From assembly GCA_963720685.1 (NCBI GenBank), contig CAVRGF010000008.1:89-64088 (forward strand): a stretch of 64,000 bases of DNA, in the 5' to 3' direction. Origin of the DNA: an uncultured bacterium. GTDB lineage: Bacteria; Actinomycetota; Thermoleophilia; Solirubrobacterales; 70-9. A program made the translations under genes and the position numbers. Positions 1 through 8,797 of the stretch are shown here, one piece after another. The notes under the pieces were generated by a model. That model was not told the DNA's origin, made no database searches, and worked only from the letters and a program-made list of their open reading frames with translations. Position 1 is the stretch's first letter, and each line of letters opens with the position of its first letter.

Positions 1-56
1 TGACGAGGCCGGATCCTGGACTCACGACTGGCTATGGCGGTCGGGCTACGCTCACC

Positions 57-1526
57 GTGCAGCCAGTCGCCCTGCCTTTGCTTCTGTTCGTAGCGGCGCT
101 CGCCATGCTCGCCCTAGCCCTCACAGCCGGGCGCTATGGCTATCACCGCGACGAGCTCTATTTCATCGCCGCCGGCGCCCATCCCGCCTGGGGCTATCCA
201 GACCAGCCCCTGCTGACGCCTCTGCTGGCGCATGCCATGAACTCCCTCGCGCCTGGCTCATTGCTCATGCTTCGGGCCCCGGCCATCCTGGCCTCCGGTC
301 TGACGACGATAACGGCGGGCCTGCTTGCGCGGGAGCTTGGGGGTGGACGCCGCGCCCAGCTGGTTGCCGCAGCATGCTGGGCGGGAGGCGCGGTGTGCCT
401 CGTAACGGGCCACTTCCTCACCACGACGACCTATGACGTCTGCGCCACGGCGATCGTCTCGCTGCTCATCGTCCGGCTCCTGCGTAGCGGCGACACGCGT
501 CTCTGGCTGCCCGCCGGCGCGATCCTCGGCGTCGCCCTGCTCAACAAGTCGCTGATCGCAATGGTCATTGGGGCCGCGATTCTCGCCCTCGTGCTTCTCG
601 GCCCACGCGATGTCCTTTCTTCGAGGTGGTTCGCCGGAGGCCTTGCGCTCGGCATCCTCGGTGCGTTGCCCTACGGGCTTTGGCAGATTGCCCATGGCCT
701 GCCCCAGCAGCAACTGGCTAGTTCGATCGCGAGCAGCGGTGATCAAGGGGGTCGGCCCGGATTCATTCCGTTCCAGCTCCTCCTGATCGGGCCCCTGCTC
801 GCACCAATCTGGATCTGGGGCTTGGTGGCCCTGCTGCGTGATCGGCAGATGCGCTCGTTTCGCTGCTTCGCCGTCGCCTACCTAGGCTTGATCCCACTGT
901 TCATCGTTGCTGGCGGCAAGGCCTATTACGTGGCCGGTCTTTACCCGATGCTGCTCGCAGCAGGTGCGGTTCGAGTAGAGCGCTGGACGATCCAGCGGCC
1001 TTTGCGACTTGCATCCGTTGGGGCGGCCGTCGTAGTGACGGCCGCCATCAGTGCCGTCATTGGTCTGTCGCTGCTGCCCGCCAACCAGCTTCAGGGCAGC
1101 GTTGTAATGGCAGTCAATCCGGATACCGGGGAGATGGTTGGTTGGCCGCGCTTCACGGACACCGTCGCACGCGCCTATCGGTCGTTGCCGCCGTCTCGGA
1201 GACGGAAGGCCGTGATCTTCACGGAGAACTATGGCGAGGCGGGTGCGATCTCGAAGTTCGGTCCGGCCCGGGGCCTGCCCACGCCGTACAGCGGTCATAA
1301 CGGCTGGGCGCTCTGGGGGCCGCCTCCTGACGCGGACATGACAGCGGTTGTGGTCGGTTTGGACCGCTTCGAAACGCGACGCTACTTTCGCGGCTGTCGC
1401 TTGGGGGCGCGGATCGACAACGGGCTCGCCCTGAACAACGATGAGCAGGGACGACCGATCTGGATCTGCACCGGCGAGCGCCGGCCGTGGTCGGCGCTCT
1501 GGGACTCACTGCGGCACTACGACTGA
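57..1526 (+). CDS. Polytopic membrane glycosyltransferase, GT39 / ArnT-PMT-like (GT-C fold)
   Basis: 489-aa ORF with GTG start and many hydrophobic helices. The N-terminal loop GRYGYHRDELYFIAAG resembles the DE-motif loop of PMT/ArnT-type lipid-linked sugar transferases. Family call is from motif memory only. Confidence 0.7.
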   Translation: MQPVALPLLLFVAALAMLALALTAGRYGYHRDELYFIAAGAHPAWGYPDQPLLTPLLAHAMNSLAPGSLLMLRAPAILASGLTTITAGLLARELGGGRRAQLVAAACWAGGAVCLVTGHFLTTTTYDVCATAIVSLLIVRLLRSGDTRLWLPAGAILGVALLNKSLIAMVIGAAILALVLLGPRDVLSSRWFAGGLALGILGALPYGLWQIAHGLPQQQLASSIASSGDQGGRPGFIPFQLLLIGPLLAPIWIWGLVALLRDRQMRSFRCFAVAYLGLIPLFIVAGGKAYYVAGLYPMLLAAGAVRVERWTIQRPLRLASVGAAVVVTAAISAVIGLSLLPANQLQGSVVMAVNPDTGEMVGWPRFTDTVARAYRSLPPSRRRKAVIFTENYGEAGAISKFGPARGLPTPYSGHNGWALWGPPPDADMTAVVVGLDRFETRRYFRGCRLGARIDNGLALNNDEQGRPIWICTGERRPWSALWDSLRHYD

Positions 1527-1629
1527 CCGCTGCCATCGAACTCCGTGGGAAGTAGCAATTCCAGGTTTCGCGCAAAGCAGTAGCGATAGCGGAACCTAGA
1601 AATGCAGGGTAGGGTTGGCCGGCGGAACC

Positions 1630-1752
1630 GTGATCGAGTTGAGGGGCTACTTGGAGCGCGCCCAAGCCTTCGAAGCCGCCGGACTCTCGGAGTAGGCGAT
1701 GTCGCAGGAGAACGTAGAGGTGGTTCATCGGGCAGTTCGACCCCTGTCCTGA
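1630..1752 (+). pseudogene. Remnants of tandem NTF2/SnoaL-like genes (3' end of one copy plus truncated 5' end of the next)
   Basis: The frame ending TAG 1693-1695 reads VIELRGYLERAQAFEAAGLSE*. ATG 1699 then reads MSQENVEVVHRAVRPLS*. These match the usual C-terminal (..EAAGLSE) and N-terminal (MSQENVE..) ends of short SnoaL-like proteins as I remember them. Both pieces are far too short to function. The 20-nt ggcgatgtcgcaggagaacg (1695-1714) recurs exactly at 1931-1950. Confidence 0.4.
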
Positions 1753-2014
1753 TTTGGTCGCGCGCTATCGGGTAAACGCATAGATGAGGCGCGGCGTATC
1801 CCGTGCGTCCGGCGATGAGCGGGATCCCGCAGCGAGCTGCGACAAGAACGTTGCGGTGCACGCGGCCAGGGTGGGCCGCGCCTCACCTTCATGCTTCCTG
1901 ATGCCGGACCACCTCGCGAGATACTGCGCGGGCGATGTCGCAGGAGAACGCGGCTCGCGGCGCCGTGCGGCCACCCTGCCAGCCCCCTCGACGAAGCGCA
2001 TAGACTGCGCAGCG

Positions 2015-2437
2015 ATGAAGCGCGCTGCCCTGGTGCTGGCCTTGGCCCTCGCTCTCTCGTCGCTGATACTGCCCTTCGGTGCCGGCGCGGCCTCGCGCCA
2101 CTCGACGAAGGTGATCTGCATCACGAGCTTCCAGCCGCCCAGGGGTTCGTATCGGTTCCGACCGCATGCCTGCACCCTTCACGAGCGGCACCAGTTTCCG
2201 ATCAACGCCAGCAACGTCGCCAACCTGAGGCACCTTCATTGGTTCTCGTGGGGTGAACGTGCTCGCGCCCGAGGGAAGATCGCCTTCAACATGGTGGGGT
2301 ACAAGCCGGTCAAGGTGCAGCTCTACGCCCGTCGGACGCTCTGCGACCACACCGTCTACACCCGGGCACGCCTGGACTTCCGGCTCAATGGCAAGCGCCA
2401 CCGCGGGCGCTTTCGCATCGACACCTGCCTCAGATAG
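2015..2437 (+). CDS. Small secreted Cys-containing protein, no family recognised
   Basis: Starting at ATG 2015 gives 140 aa beginning MKRAALVLALALALSSLILPFGAGAAS (signal-peptide-like) with 4 Cys in the mature part. The 217-aa track ORF from 1784 adds an Arg-rich extension that looks like a GC artefact. Confidence 0.5.
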   Translation: MKRAALVLALALALSSLILPFGAGAASRHSTKVICITSFQPPRGSYRFRPHACTLHERHQFPINASNVANLRHLHWFSWGERARARGKIAFNMVGYKPVKVQLYARRTLCDHTVYTRARLDFRLNGKRHRGRFRIDTCLR

Positions 2438-2554
2438 CGCTCTGCTTCGGTGCCGAGCGCTCGGGGCAAACCCCGGAACTTCGGCCGCCCAGCACCTCCT
2501 CCTGACCAGGAGCGTCAGCACTCGAAGCTGAATCGGCTCCAGGCTCTTGCCTGC

Positions 2555-2806
2555 GCCCTTCAGCGAGAGGACGCGGGTTCCCTCGTTGGCGGGCACTGGA
2601 GTAACGCTGACCTCGAACACGTCGAGCTGATCCAGGACCAGGACGCCATCGCCCCCGTCATGGGACTTGGTGGCCAGGTAGCCGAACGAGAAGCCCATCG
2701 CGCCCGACTTCATCGCACGCCATACCTGCTGACCGCGATCCGTTTCGAGATCTACGGATCGCCCGCTGGCGGACAAGCGGCAAGACGCTGCCGATCTCGA
2801 ACTCAC
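2555..2806 (-). pseudogene. C-terminal fragment of an HK97-family phage prohead protease
   Basis: The minus-strand frame reads ..GRSVDLETDRGQQVWRAMKSGAMGFSFGYLATKSHDGGDGVLVLDQLDVFEVSVTPVPANEGT.. The G.SxGY ... L.EVS.V..PAN pattern is the conserved C-terminal half of HK97 prohead proteases. No N-terminal half or capsid gene is present, and the frame runs on into the antisense of the neighbouring gene. Confidence 0.5.
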
Positions 2807-2954
2807 TCATCGCTTCCTTCCACCGTTCCCGCGGTCCTCGACCTCCTCGCGGAGGTCGGCGGGTATTCGTCTGTCGTTCCCGACTTGGCCCCCGTGTGGG
2901 CTCCTGATCGGGTACTTCAAATTCTAAAGCGTGGCCCGGCCCGATCACGGTCGG

Positions 2955-2986
2955 TCCCTGACATTCCGTTCGTTCCCTGACATTCC
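2955..2986. repeat. Two direct copies of tccctgacattcc with a 19-nt period
   Basis: Exact 13-mers at 2955-2967 and 2974-2986, in a locally less GC-rich non-coding stretch next to the protease fragment. Confidence 0.8.
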
Positions 2987-3156
2987 ATTACCTGTTTTCA
3001 GTGCACCCCATTGACTGGCGGGTCGCGAAGGCCATAGGGTCGGGGTGGCTCGAGCGCTCTCGAGACCACAAGTTCCTGGGAAGGAATTTCCCCTGAGGAG
3101 GCTTAGCTCGGCTCGCCGGAGGCGCTCTCGGCGATCCAACGACAAAAGGAGAGGGT

Positions 3157-4011
3157 GTGCAATCACTCCCTGACGTAATCAGAAGGCGGCTCCGCCGGCC
3201 GTCGCCCGCGATGGCATTGGCGTTCATCGCGCTGTTCGCGGCGGTCGCGGGTGGCGCGTACGCCGCCACGAACATCCCGAACAACAGCATCGGGCAGGGC
3301 AAGCTGACCCCGACGACCCGAATGAAGCTGAACCACAGCGTCGGCGCCCACTGGGGCGTGATCGACCGCAACACGATCGGCTCCGGCATCGCGGACCTTC
3401 GGCCGGGCCCGTACGGCTCGTTCGGAGTGACCGGCAAGCCCGGCAAGCCGCCGTTCGGCACCGGCAGCCTCGGGATCCAGGTGTCCGGCAACGCGACCAA
3501 CCAGTCGCCGGCCGCCGAGAAGGTCGCCTTCGGCAACGAGGTCGACTTCTTCGGGAATCCGGTGAGCGGTCTCAGCAGGGTTGGATTCCGCGTCTTCCAG
3601 ACCGGGGAGAACGCGACGATCGGCTCACGCAACATGCCGAACATCACGTTGGAGATCGATCCGAATCTGAACGCGACTCCAGCCAACTACACCTCGATGA
3701 TCTGGGTGCCCGACGCGGCTCCGGTCACCGACCAGTGGACCGGGTACATCGACGCGACGACGACCGGTGACTGGTACTTCACCGGCGCCGCCGGGACGGC
3801 AACCGGCTGCAACCAGTCGTCCTTCTGCACGTTCGCGGGCGCGAAGAGCGCACTGGCCGCCACAGACGGCGGCACACCGGCCAGCATCGACACGGTCGCA
3901 GTCGCGAAGGGTCGCGACGACGACTGGGCCGGCGCGGTCGACGGGCTGCGGGTCAACAACACGATCTACAACTTCGAGCCCACGGGGGTTCAGGCGATCA
4001 ACTCGCCGTAG
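3157..4011 (+). CDS. Membrane-anchored/secreted protein, no family recognised
   Basis: 284 aa; GTG start preceded by aaaggagaggg (SD). Arg-rich N-terminus followed by the hydrophobic anchor MALAFIALFAAVAGGAYAA. The remainder is Gly/Thr/Asn-rich. Confidence 0.6.
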   Translation: MQSLPDVIRRRLRRPSPAMALAFIALFAAVAGGAYAATNIPNNSIGQGKLTPTTRMKLNHSVGAHWGVIDRNTIGSGIADLRPGPYGSFGVTGKPGKPPFGTGSLGIQVSGNATNQSPAAEKVAFGNEVDFFGNPVSGLSRVGFRVFQTGENATIGSRNMPNITLEIDPNLNATPANYTSMIWVPDAAPVTDQWTGYIDATTTGDWYFTGAAGTATGCNQSSFCTFAGAKSALAATDGGTPASIDTVAVAKGRDDDWAGAVDGLRVNNTIYNFEPTGVQAINSP

Positions 4012-4068
4012 ATCCGTCGAAGCGCTCGGGCGCCGCGCGGCGACGCACGACGCCTGACGACCGCGCGA

Positions 4069-4117
4069 GCGGCCGCCCATCGGTCTCCCCAGGAGGGAGG
4101 TCCCGATGGGCGGCCGC
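4069..4117. terminator. Strong hairpin between convergent genes (bidirectional terminator candidate)
   Basis: gcggccgcccatcgg (4069-4083) is perfectly complementary to ccgatgggcggccgc (4103-4117). The 19-nt spacer can pair further (ctccc/gggag). It is followed by ttcttg and sits between stop 4011 (+) and stop 4130 (-). Confidence 0.6.
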
Positions 4118-4129
4118 TTCTTGCGCGCC

Positions 4130-4576
4130 TCAGGAGGCTGCGAGCGCCCGGGCGAGCCTTCGCATCGCCTTGCCGTTGGCGCGCTTGATGAAGGCGGCGT
4201 TCAGAGGGGCGCCGAGCCGTTCCAGCCGCGGCGCCTCGAGCCACGAGAGCTCGAAGGAAACGCGGGTCCCGCCCTCGGGAAGCTCATCGAGCGTGTACGT
4301 GCCGCGGGTCCGCCGCTTGCCACCCGCCCCGATCGTCTCCTCGACCGAACGCCGGGGCGGGTCGACCTCGAGCACCTCGATCGAGACGACCTCGTTCGAG
4401 CCCGGAGCCCTGACCCGCGCCGTTGCCTGCGCGCCGACCCCGGACGGCGGGCCGGAGAGCTCCCAGTCGGTCAGCAGGTGGTCGGTGAACCGCTCGTGGT
4501 TCGCGAGCAGGTCGAGGAAGGCCCAGACCTCTTCGCGCGGGCTCGGGACCTCGACCGAGACGGTGACAGGCTTCAT
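4130..4576 (-). CDS. SRPBCC (START/polyketide-cyclase-like) family protein
   Basis: Starting at ATG 4576 (MKPVTVSVEVPSPREEVWAFLDLLANHERFTDHL..) gives 148 aa. The 'sv.v.ap.e.vw..l.d...' opening is typical of the SRPBCC fold. The track ORF has 13 extra N-terminal codons. Confidence 0.65.
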   Translation of the reverse strand: MKPVTVSVEVPSPREEVWAFLDLLANHERFTDHLLTDWELSGPPSGVGAQATARVRAPGSNEVVSIEVLEVDPPRRSVEETIGAGGKRRTRGTYTLDELPEGGTRVSFELSWLEAPRLERLGAPLNAAFIKRANGKAMRRLARALAAS

Positions 4577-4647
4577 CGCCGGCGCAGTCTCGCATCCCGC
4601 GCCGGTGGTTTGCATCGGCGCCGCCGAGGGTCTACGGTCGTCGCGCG

Positions 4648-5595
4648 ATGGGTCGAAGGGCGGGAATTCGCACCACGCTCGGCGCGGCGATGGCGGTCGC
4701 GCTCGGCCTGATCGCCCCTGCCGCCGCTGATCCAGCCGCCGACGCGACCATCCGGGCGACCGGCTGGTCCGCGGAGCAGGGCTTGAGCGGCGCCTTCGCG
4801 AACTGCCCCGGCAGCCGCCGGGCGGTTGGCGGTGGCGTCGTCCAAGCAGGAGCCCGGGGCGTCCACCTGGCCGCGAGCGGGCCGCTCGACGGCTCGGGCG
4901 CCGGCGGGCCGCTCGACCCCTCCGGCTCGGTGGCGAGCACCAAGGACGGCGACGTGGCGAAGCGCTGGTACGCGGGTGTCTCGAATCCTGACCCGCCGAG
5001 CGCGCGGGTCAAGGTGCTGGCGCTCTGCTCGGCCGCCTCCGATGCGACGGTCCAGGCGACGCCGTTCTCGGTCGCGGGTCGCAAGACCGGCCACGCGACC
5101 GCTCGCTGTCCCGCCGGCAAGCGCGCGCTCGGGGGCGGGCTCGTCCAGTCGGGATGGCCGGACGACCGGGTCTTGGCAAGCGGGCCGCGCGATGCGTCGG
5201 GAACGATCGGCCACACGCAGGACGGCGACGTGGCGAGAGAGTGGTACGCGGCGGTCCACAACCTCCCGGCTCACCGGGTCGGCTTCAAGGTCTTCGCGCT
5301 CTGCTCCGCGGATTCGCGAGCCACGATCGAGGCGACCCGCTTCACGGTCCCGGGCGGGCGAACCAGCGGTGCCTCCGTGCGGTGTCCCGCCTCTCGGCGC
5401 GTCGTGGGGGGCGGGCTGGTCCAGGAGGGCCCGCCGAGGTTCCTCCGCGAGACTGCGAGCGCGCCACTCGACGCCTCGGGTAGCGTCGCGGGAACGGGGG
5501 ACGGGGACGTGGCGAAGCGCTGGCGGGCGTCGGTCGAGAACCGCAACGCCGGCGGGGTCGGCTTCAAGGTGCTCGCAATCTGCGAGCCGGGCTAG
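4648..5595 (+). CDS. Secreted protein made of three tandem ~92-100-aa Cys-containing repeats; domain not recognised
   Basis: 315 aa with signal-like MGRRAGIRTTLGAAMAVALGLIAPAAA. Each repeat has (D/R)AT(I/V)xAT ... CPxxxRAxGGG(V/L)VQ ... ASGPxDxSG ... DGDVA(K/R)xW ... FKVxA(L/I)C. Confidence 0.7.
   Translation: MGRRAGIRTTLGAAMAVALGLIAPAAADPAADATIRATGWSAEQGLSGAFANCPGSRRAVGGGVVQAGARGVHLAASGPLDGSGAGGPLDPSGSVASTKDGDVAKRWYAGVSNPDPPSARVKVLALCSAASDATVQATPFSVAGRKTGHATARCPAGKRALGGGLVQSGWPDDRVLASGPRDASGTIGHTQDGDVAREWYAAVHNLPAHRVGFKVFALCSADSRATIEATRFTVPGGRTSGASVRCPASRRVVGGGLVQEGPPRFLRETASAPLDASGSVAGTGDGDVAKRWRASVENRNAGGVGFKVLAICEPG
4741..5592 (+). repeat. Three in-frame tandem coding repeats (aa 32-131, 132-223, 224-315)
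   Basis: Hand alignment of the translated product. Repeat starts are at nt 4741, 5041 and 5317. Two Cys are conserved per repeat. Confidence 0.75.
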
Positions 5596-6452
5596 GCCCT
5601 CGCGGCTCTCGAGGTCGCCCCGACCAGGCTTCGCAGGAAGACCACCTGCGGCATCAGGATTCGCAGGACGACGACCTGCGGCTGCACGACAACCGCGATG
5701 TGGCGGACCGCCCCGGCGACGATCGAGGCCGGAGTCCGGGGCGCGTTCAGGCCTTGCTGGGGGATCCGCGCATGGGTCACCCGGTCGGGACGGGCTCTCG
5801 GGGCCGCAGGCACGGGATTCAGGCAGGCCTTCACGCCCTGGGCGATGATCCTCGCCCGCACCGCGGCCCCCGCTGTGTTCGGGTGGAGGTCGTCGGATTG
5901 CATCAGGTCGGGACGGGTTGCGACCGCGTGCGCCCAGTCGGGCACCTGGGTTCCGGGCCGCGAGGCGGCGAACGACCTGACGACGCGGTTCTTGCCCGAG
6001 TTGTCGACCCCGTCGACCGTGAAGCCGTGGATCGTCGGGACCACCATGCAGCGGTCGCCGACACTCGCCGCGACCTTGGCGAGGTTCCCGGCGAGTATCT
6101 GGGGATCGGCGGGGTTGTCGTTGGTTCCCGCGTCGAAGACGATCACGGACTGCGAGGGGTCGTAGCTCTGCTTGAAGAGGTCGTAGATCTGGTAGCTGTT
6201 GTATCCGCCCTCGGCATCGACCGTCAGGTGCACGCCCGGCAGGTAGCGCTGGAGGTACGGCGAGGTCAGCACCTCCAGGCTGTCGCCGACCACCAGCACG
6301 CCGCCGTTCCGGAGAGCCGGCGTGGATTGCTGTCCGGTCGCCGAGCGCTGCCCCGGGCTCGCCCGGGCGGGCGCTACGGGAGGAGCCAGCGACACGGCTC
6401 CGAGCGCCGCGCACAGGCACGTGATCACGAGTAGAGACGGTTTTCGAAACAC
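5592..6452 (-). CDS. Secreted SGNH/GDSL-family hydrolase
   Basis: Blocks VLVVGDSL (GDS), FDAGTNDN (GxND) and DDLHPN (DxxH). I prefer GTG 6452 (VFRKPSLLVITCLCAALGAVSLAPP, signal-like) over the longer track ORF start at 6575. The 3' end overlaps the convergent gene by 4 nt. Confidence 0.7.
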   Translation of the reverse strand: MFRKPSLLVITCLCAALGAVSLAPPVAPARASPGQRSATGQQSTPALRNGGVLVVGDSLEVLTSPYLQRYLPGVHLTVDAEGGYNSYQIYDLFKQSYDPSQSVIVFDAGTNDNPADPQILAGNLAKVAASVGDRCMVVPTIHGFTVDGVDNSGKNRVVRSFAASRPGTQVPDWAHAVATRPDLMQSDDLHPNTAGAAVRARIIAQGVKACLNPVPAAPRARPDRVTHARIPQQGLNAPRTPASIVAGAVRHIAVVVQPQVVVLRILMPQVVFLRSLVGATSRAARA

Positions 6453-6664
6453 GGCGGATGGGTAGTGTGGCAAGCGCGGCCACGGTCTCTGGCGGCGACG
6501 GGCCAAGCCCGGGGGCGCCCCCGGTGCCCCGTGCCCGCGGGCTGCTGCCCCGCCAGGTGGTACATATCGGATCATGGGCCCGCATCCCCGAGGATTCCCC
6601 GATAGATCTTGAGCGGCTGACCCGCAGATGCCGGATCGCGGGGTCGCGACCCTGGTGAGGGGCG

Positions 6665-8653
6665 ATGCCTGAGCCCGTCAAGCGCGGACAGCGCTACATG
6701 CCGGGGCTCGACGGCCTGCGGGCGATCGCGGTGCTCGCGGTCGTCGCGTACCACCTGGCGTTCTCGTGGGCGCCGGGCGGCCTGCTCGGGGTCGGCGTCT
6801 TCTTCACGCTGAGCGGCTACCTGATCACGGACCTGCTCCTGGCCCAGGTGGCGTCACGCGGCAGGATCCATCTGACGTCGTTCTGGCTTGCCCGTGCCCG
6901 CCGCCTGCTGCCCGCGCTCGTCGTGATGCTGGTCGTGGTCATGGCCTGGGTCACCGTGATCGGCCCCCACCAGGCCCCCGACTTCAAGGACGCCGCAGCG
7001 AGCGGCCTCTTCTACTTCAACAACTGGTGGCTGATCTTCCACAACGTCTCCTACTTCGCTCAGTTCGCCGCGCCGGCCCCGCTCAACCATCTGTGGTCGC
7101 TGTCGATCGAGGAGCAGTTCTACATCGTGTGGCCGTTCATGCTGACGCTCGGCCTCGTGGTGATCCGGGAGCCGAGCAGCTCGAACGGTCTGCGCCCCCG
7201 CCTTGCCGCGGTCACCCTGGCGCTGGCCATCGTCTCGGCGATCTTGATGATCGTCCTCTACCACCCTGGCCTGGACCCATCCCGCGTCTACTACGGGACC
7301 GACACCAGGGCCCAGGAGATCCTTCTCGGGGCGGTGCTCGCGATGCTGTGGCCGAGCCGGCGACTGAGCCGCGACGTCACGGCCGGCGCCCGGACCGTGA
7401 TCGACGGCGCGGGGACCGTCGGGCTGGCGGTGATCCTGCTGCTGATCTGGCGCACCGGCGAGTACTCCCCGTTTCTCTATCGAGGGGGATTCCTGTTGCT
7501 TTCGCTGGCGACGGTCGTCGTGGTCGCGGCGCTGTCGCATCCGGCCACCCGCCTGGGGCGGGTCGTCGGGTGCCGGCCGCTGCGCTGGATCGGCGAGCGC
7601 TCCTACGGGATCTACCTGTGGCACTTCCCGATCATCGTCCTGACCACGCCCGAGGGAGACCACACGGCGAATCCGGTGCGGGCCCTCTTCCAGGTGGCGG
7701 CGACCGGAATCGTCGCGGCGGTTTCGTGGAAGTACGTGGAGGACCCGATCCGCCACGGGGCGCTGGGCCGCTACTGGAAGAGGATGCGAGCCGGGGCGTG
7801 GCGGCGCGAGACGCTCAGCCCGCGGGCGCGAGCCGTCACCCTGGCATCCGGACTCGTCCTCGCGGCCGCGATCGCCGGCCTCGCCGGGGTGGGGGATGAC
7901 CCGAGCAAGGCGAACCAGCCAGGTGGCCTCACCGTGGCCGAGACGATCACTTCGGGCCGTGATACGAAGTCCCACGGCAACCCGTGCCACTCCGTGATCC
8001 ACATCGGGGACTCGACCTCGGAGGGCCTGATCTCGGCCGACTATCTGCCCAATCGAAAGCAGCGGATACCGGCCCAGTACAAGCGAATAGGGGCCACCAC
8101 CCAGCACATCGAGATCTCCGGCGCGCGATCGATCTACGAGACGTTCGAGGGCAATCCGAACGCGGCGGAGGTTGCCCAGGCGTGGATGAGCCGCGGCTTC
8201 GACGGATGCTGGGTCCTGGCCCTGGGGACCAACGACACCGCCAACGTCGCCGCGGGCTCGAGCTTCGGACTCGACCAGCGGATCGACAAGATGATGTCGG
8301 TGGTCGGCAAGGAGCCGGTGATGTGGATCACGGTGCGCTCGCTGCTGACCAGCGGGCCCTACGCGGAGGCCGGGATGCTTCACTGGAACGCGGACCTGAA
8401 GCGGGCCTGCGACCGCTATCCGCACATGCGGATCTACGACTGGGCATCCGACGTCAAGAACTCATGGTTCATCGACGACGGGATCCACTTCACGACGCCC
8501 GGCTACGCGGCGCGAAGCCGGTTGATCGCCGACGCACTGCACGAGGCGTTCCCACCGGGTGAGCCCGTTCAGGACACCGACAGCTCCGATTGCGTCGTCG
8601 ATCCGGGAGCGCACTCCGCGAGTGGGTCCGGGTCGGTTGCGAACCCTGGATAG
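6665..8653 (+). CDS. Acyltransferase_3 (OafA/YrhL-type) membrane O-acyltransferase with C-terminal SGNH domain
   Basis: 662 aa. The N-terminus PGLDGLRAIAVLAVVAYHL is followed by about 10 TM helices. The C-terminal domain has HIGDSTSEG, ALGTNDT and DDGIHFT (SGNH blocks). Confidence 0.85.
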   Translation: MPEPVKRGQRYMPGLDGLRAIAVLAVVAYHLAFSWAPGGLLGVGVFFTLSGYLITDLLLAQVASRGRIHLTSFWLARARRLLPALVVMLVVVMAWVTVIGPHQAPDFKDAAASGLFYFNNWWLIFHNVSYFAQFAAPAPLNHLWSLSIEEQFYIVWPFMLTLGLVVIREPSSSNGLRPRLAAVTLALAIVSAILMIVLYHPGLDPSRVYYGTDTRAQEILLGAVLAMLWPSRRLSRDVTAGARTVIDGAGTVGLAVILLLIWRTGEYSPFLYRGGFLLLSLATVVVVAALSHPATRLGRVVGCRPLRWIGERSYGIYLWHFPIIVLTTPEGDHTANPVRALFQVAATGIVAAVSWKYVEDPIRHGALGRYWKRMRAGAWRRETLSPRARAVTLASGLVLAAAIAGLAGVGDDPSKANQPGGLTVAETITSGRDTKSHGNPCHSVIHIGDSTSEGLISADYLPNRKQRIPAQYKRIGATTQHIEISGARSIYETFEGNPNAAEVAQAWMSRGFDGCWVLALGTNDTANVAAGSSFGLDQRIDKMMSVVGKEPVMWITVRSLLTSGPYAEAGMLHWNADLKRACDRYPHMRIYDWASDVKNSWFIDDGIHFTTPGYAARSRLIADALHEAFPPGEPVQDTDSSDCVVDPGAHSASGSGSVANPG

Positions 8654-8797
8654 CCGCTGTAACGGTCGGGTGTGGATCGGTGACAGCACCAGGGGGAAGG
8701 GGCGGCGCGACTGTTCGACGCGGTGTGGAACCGGCGCGCGTCGAAAACCACCCTGTTAGGGTCGCCGCGCTTGGCTCGGATACGCACCCGCACACCC

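Noticed and set aside
3049-3064. ctcgagcgctctcgag (two XhoI-type palindromes) upstream of 3157.
   Set aside because: The whole is not a true extended palindrome, and there is no second copy or other support.
4573-6681. 702-aa minus-strand ORF spanning the repeat-protein and SGNH genes. Other very long ORFs fall in the same class (25389-27737 +, 25465-27708 -, 16515-18188 -, 41988-43892 -, 19866-21437 +).
   Set aside because: They are Arg/Pro/Gly/Ala-rich with no recognisable motifs. They lie antisense or out of frame to ORFs that have clear family signatures. This is expected when GC3 is extreme and stop codons are rare.
8289-8300. agatgatgtcgg, a 12-nt match to the core of the 52-nt element.
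   Set aside because: It lies inside the acyltransferase CDS (codons DKMMSV) with no flanking similarity, so it is a chance match.
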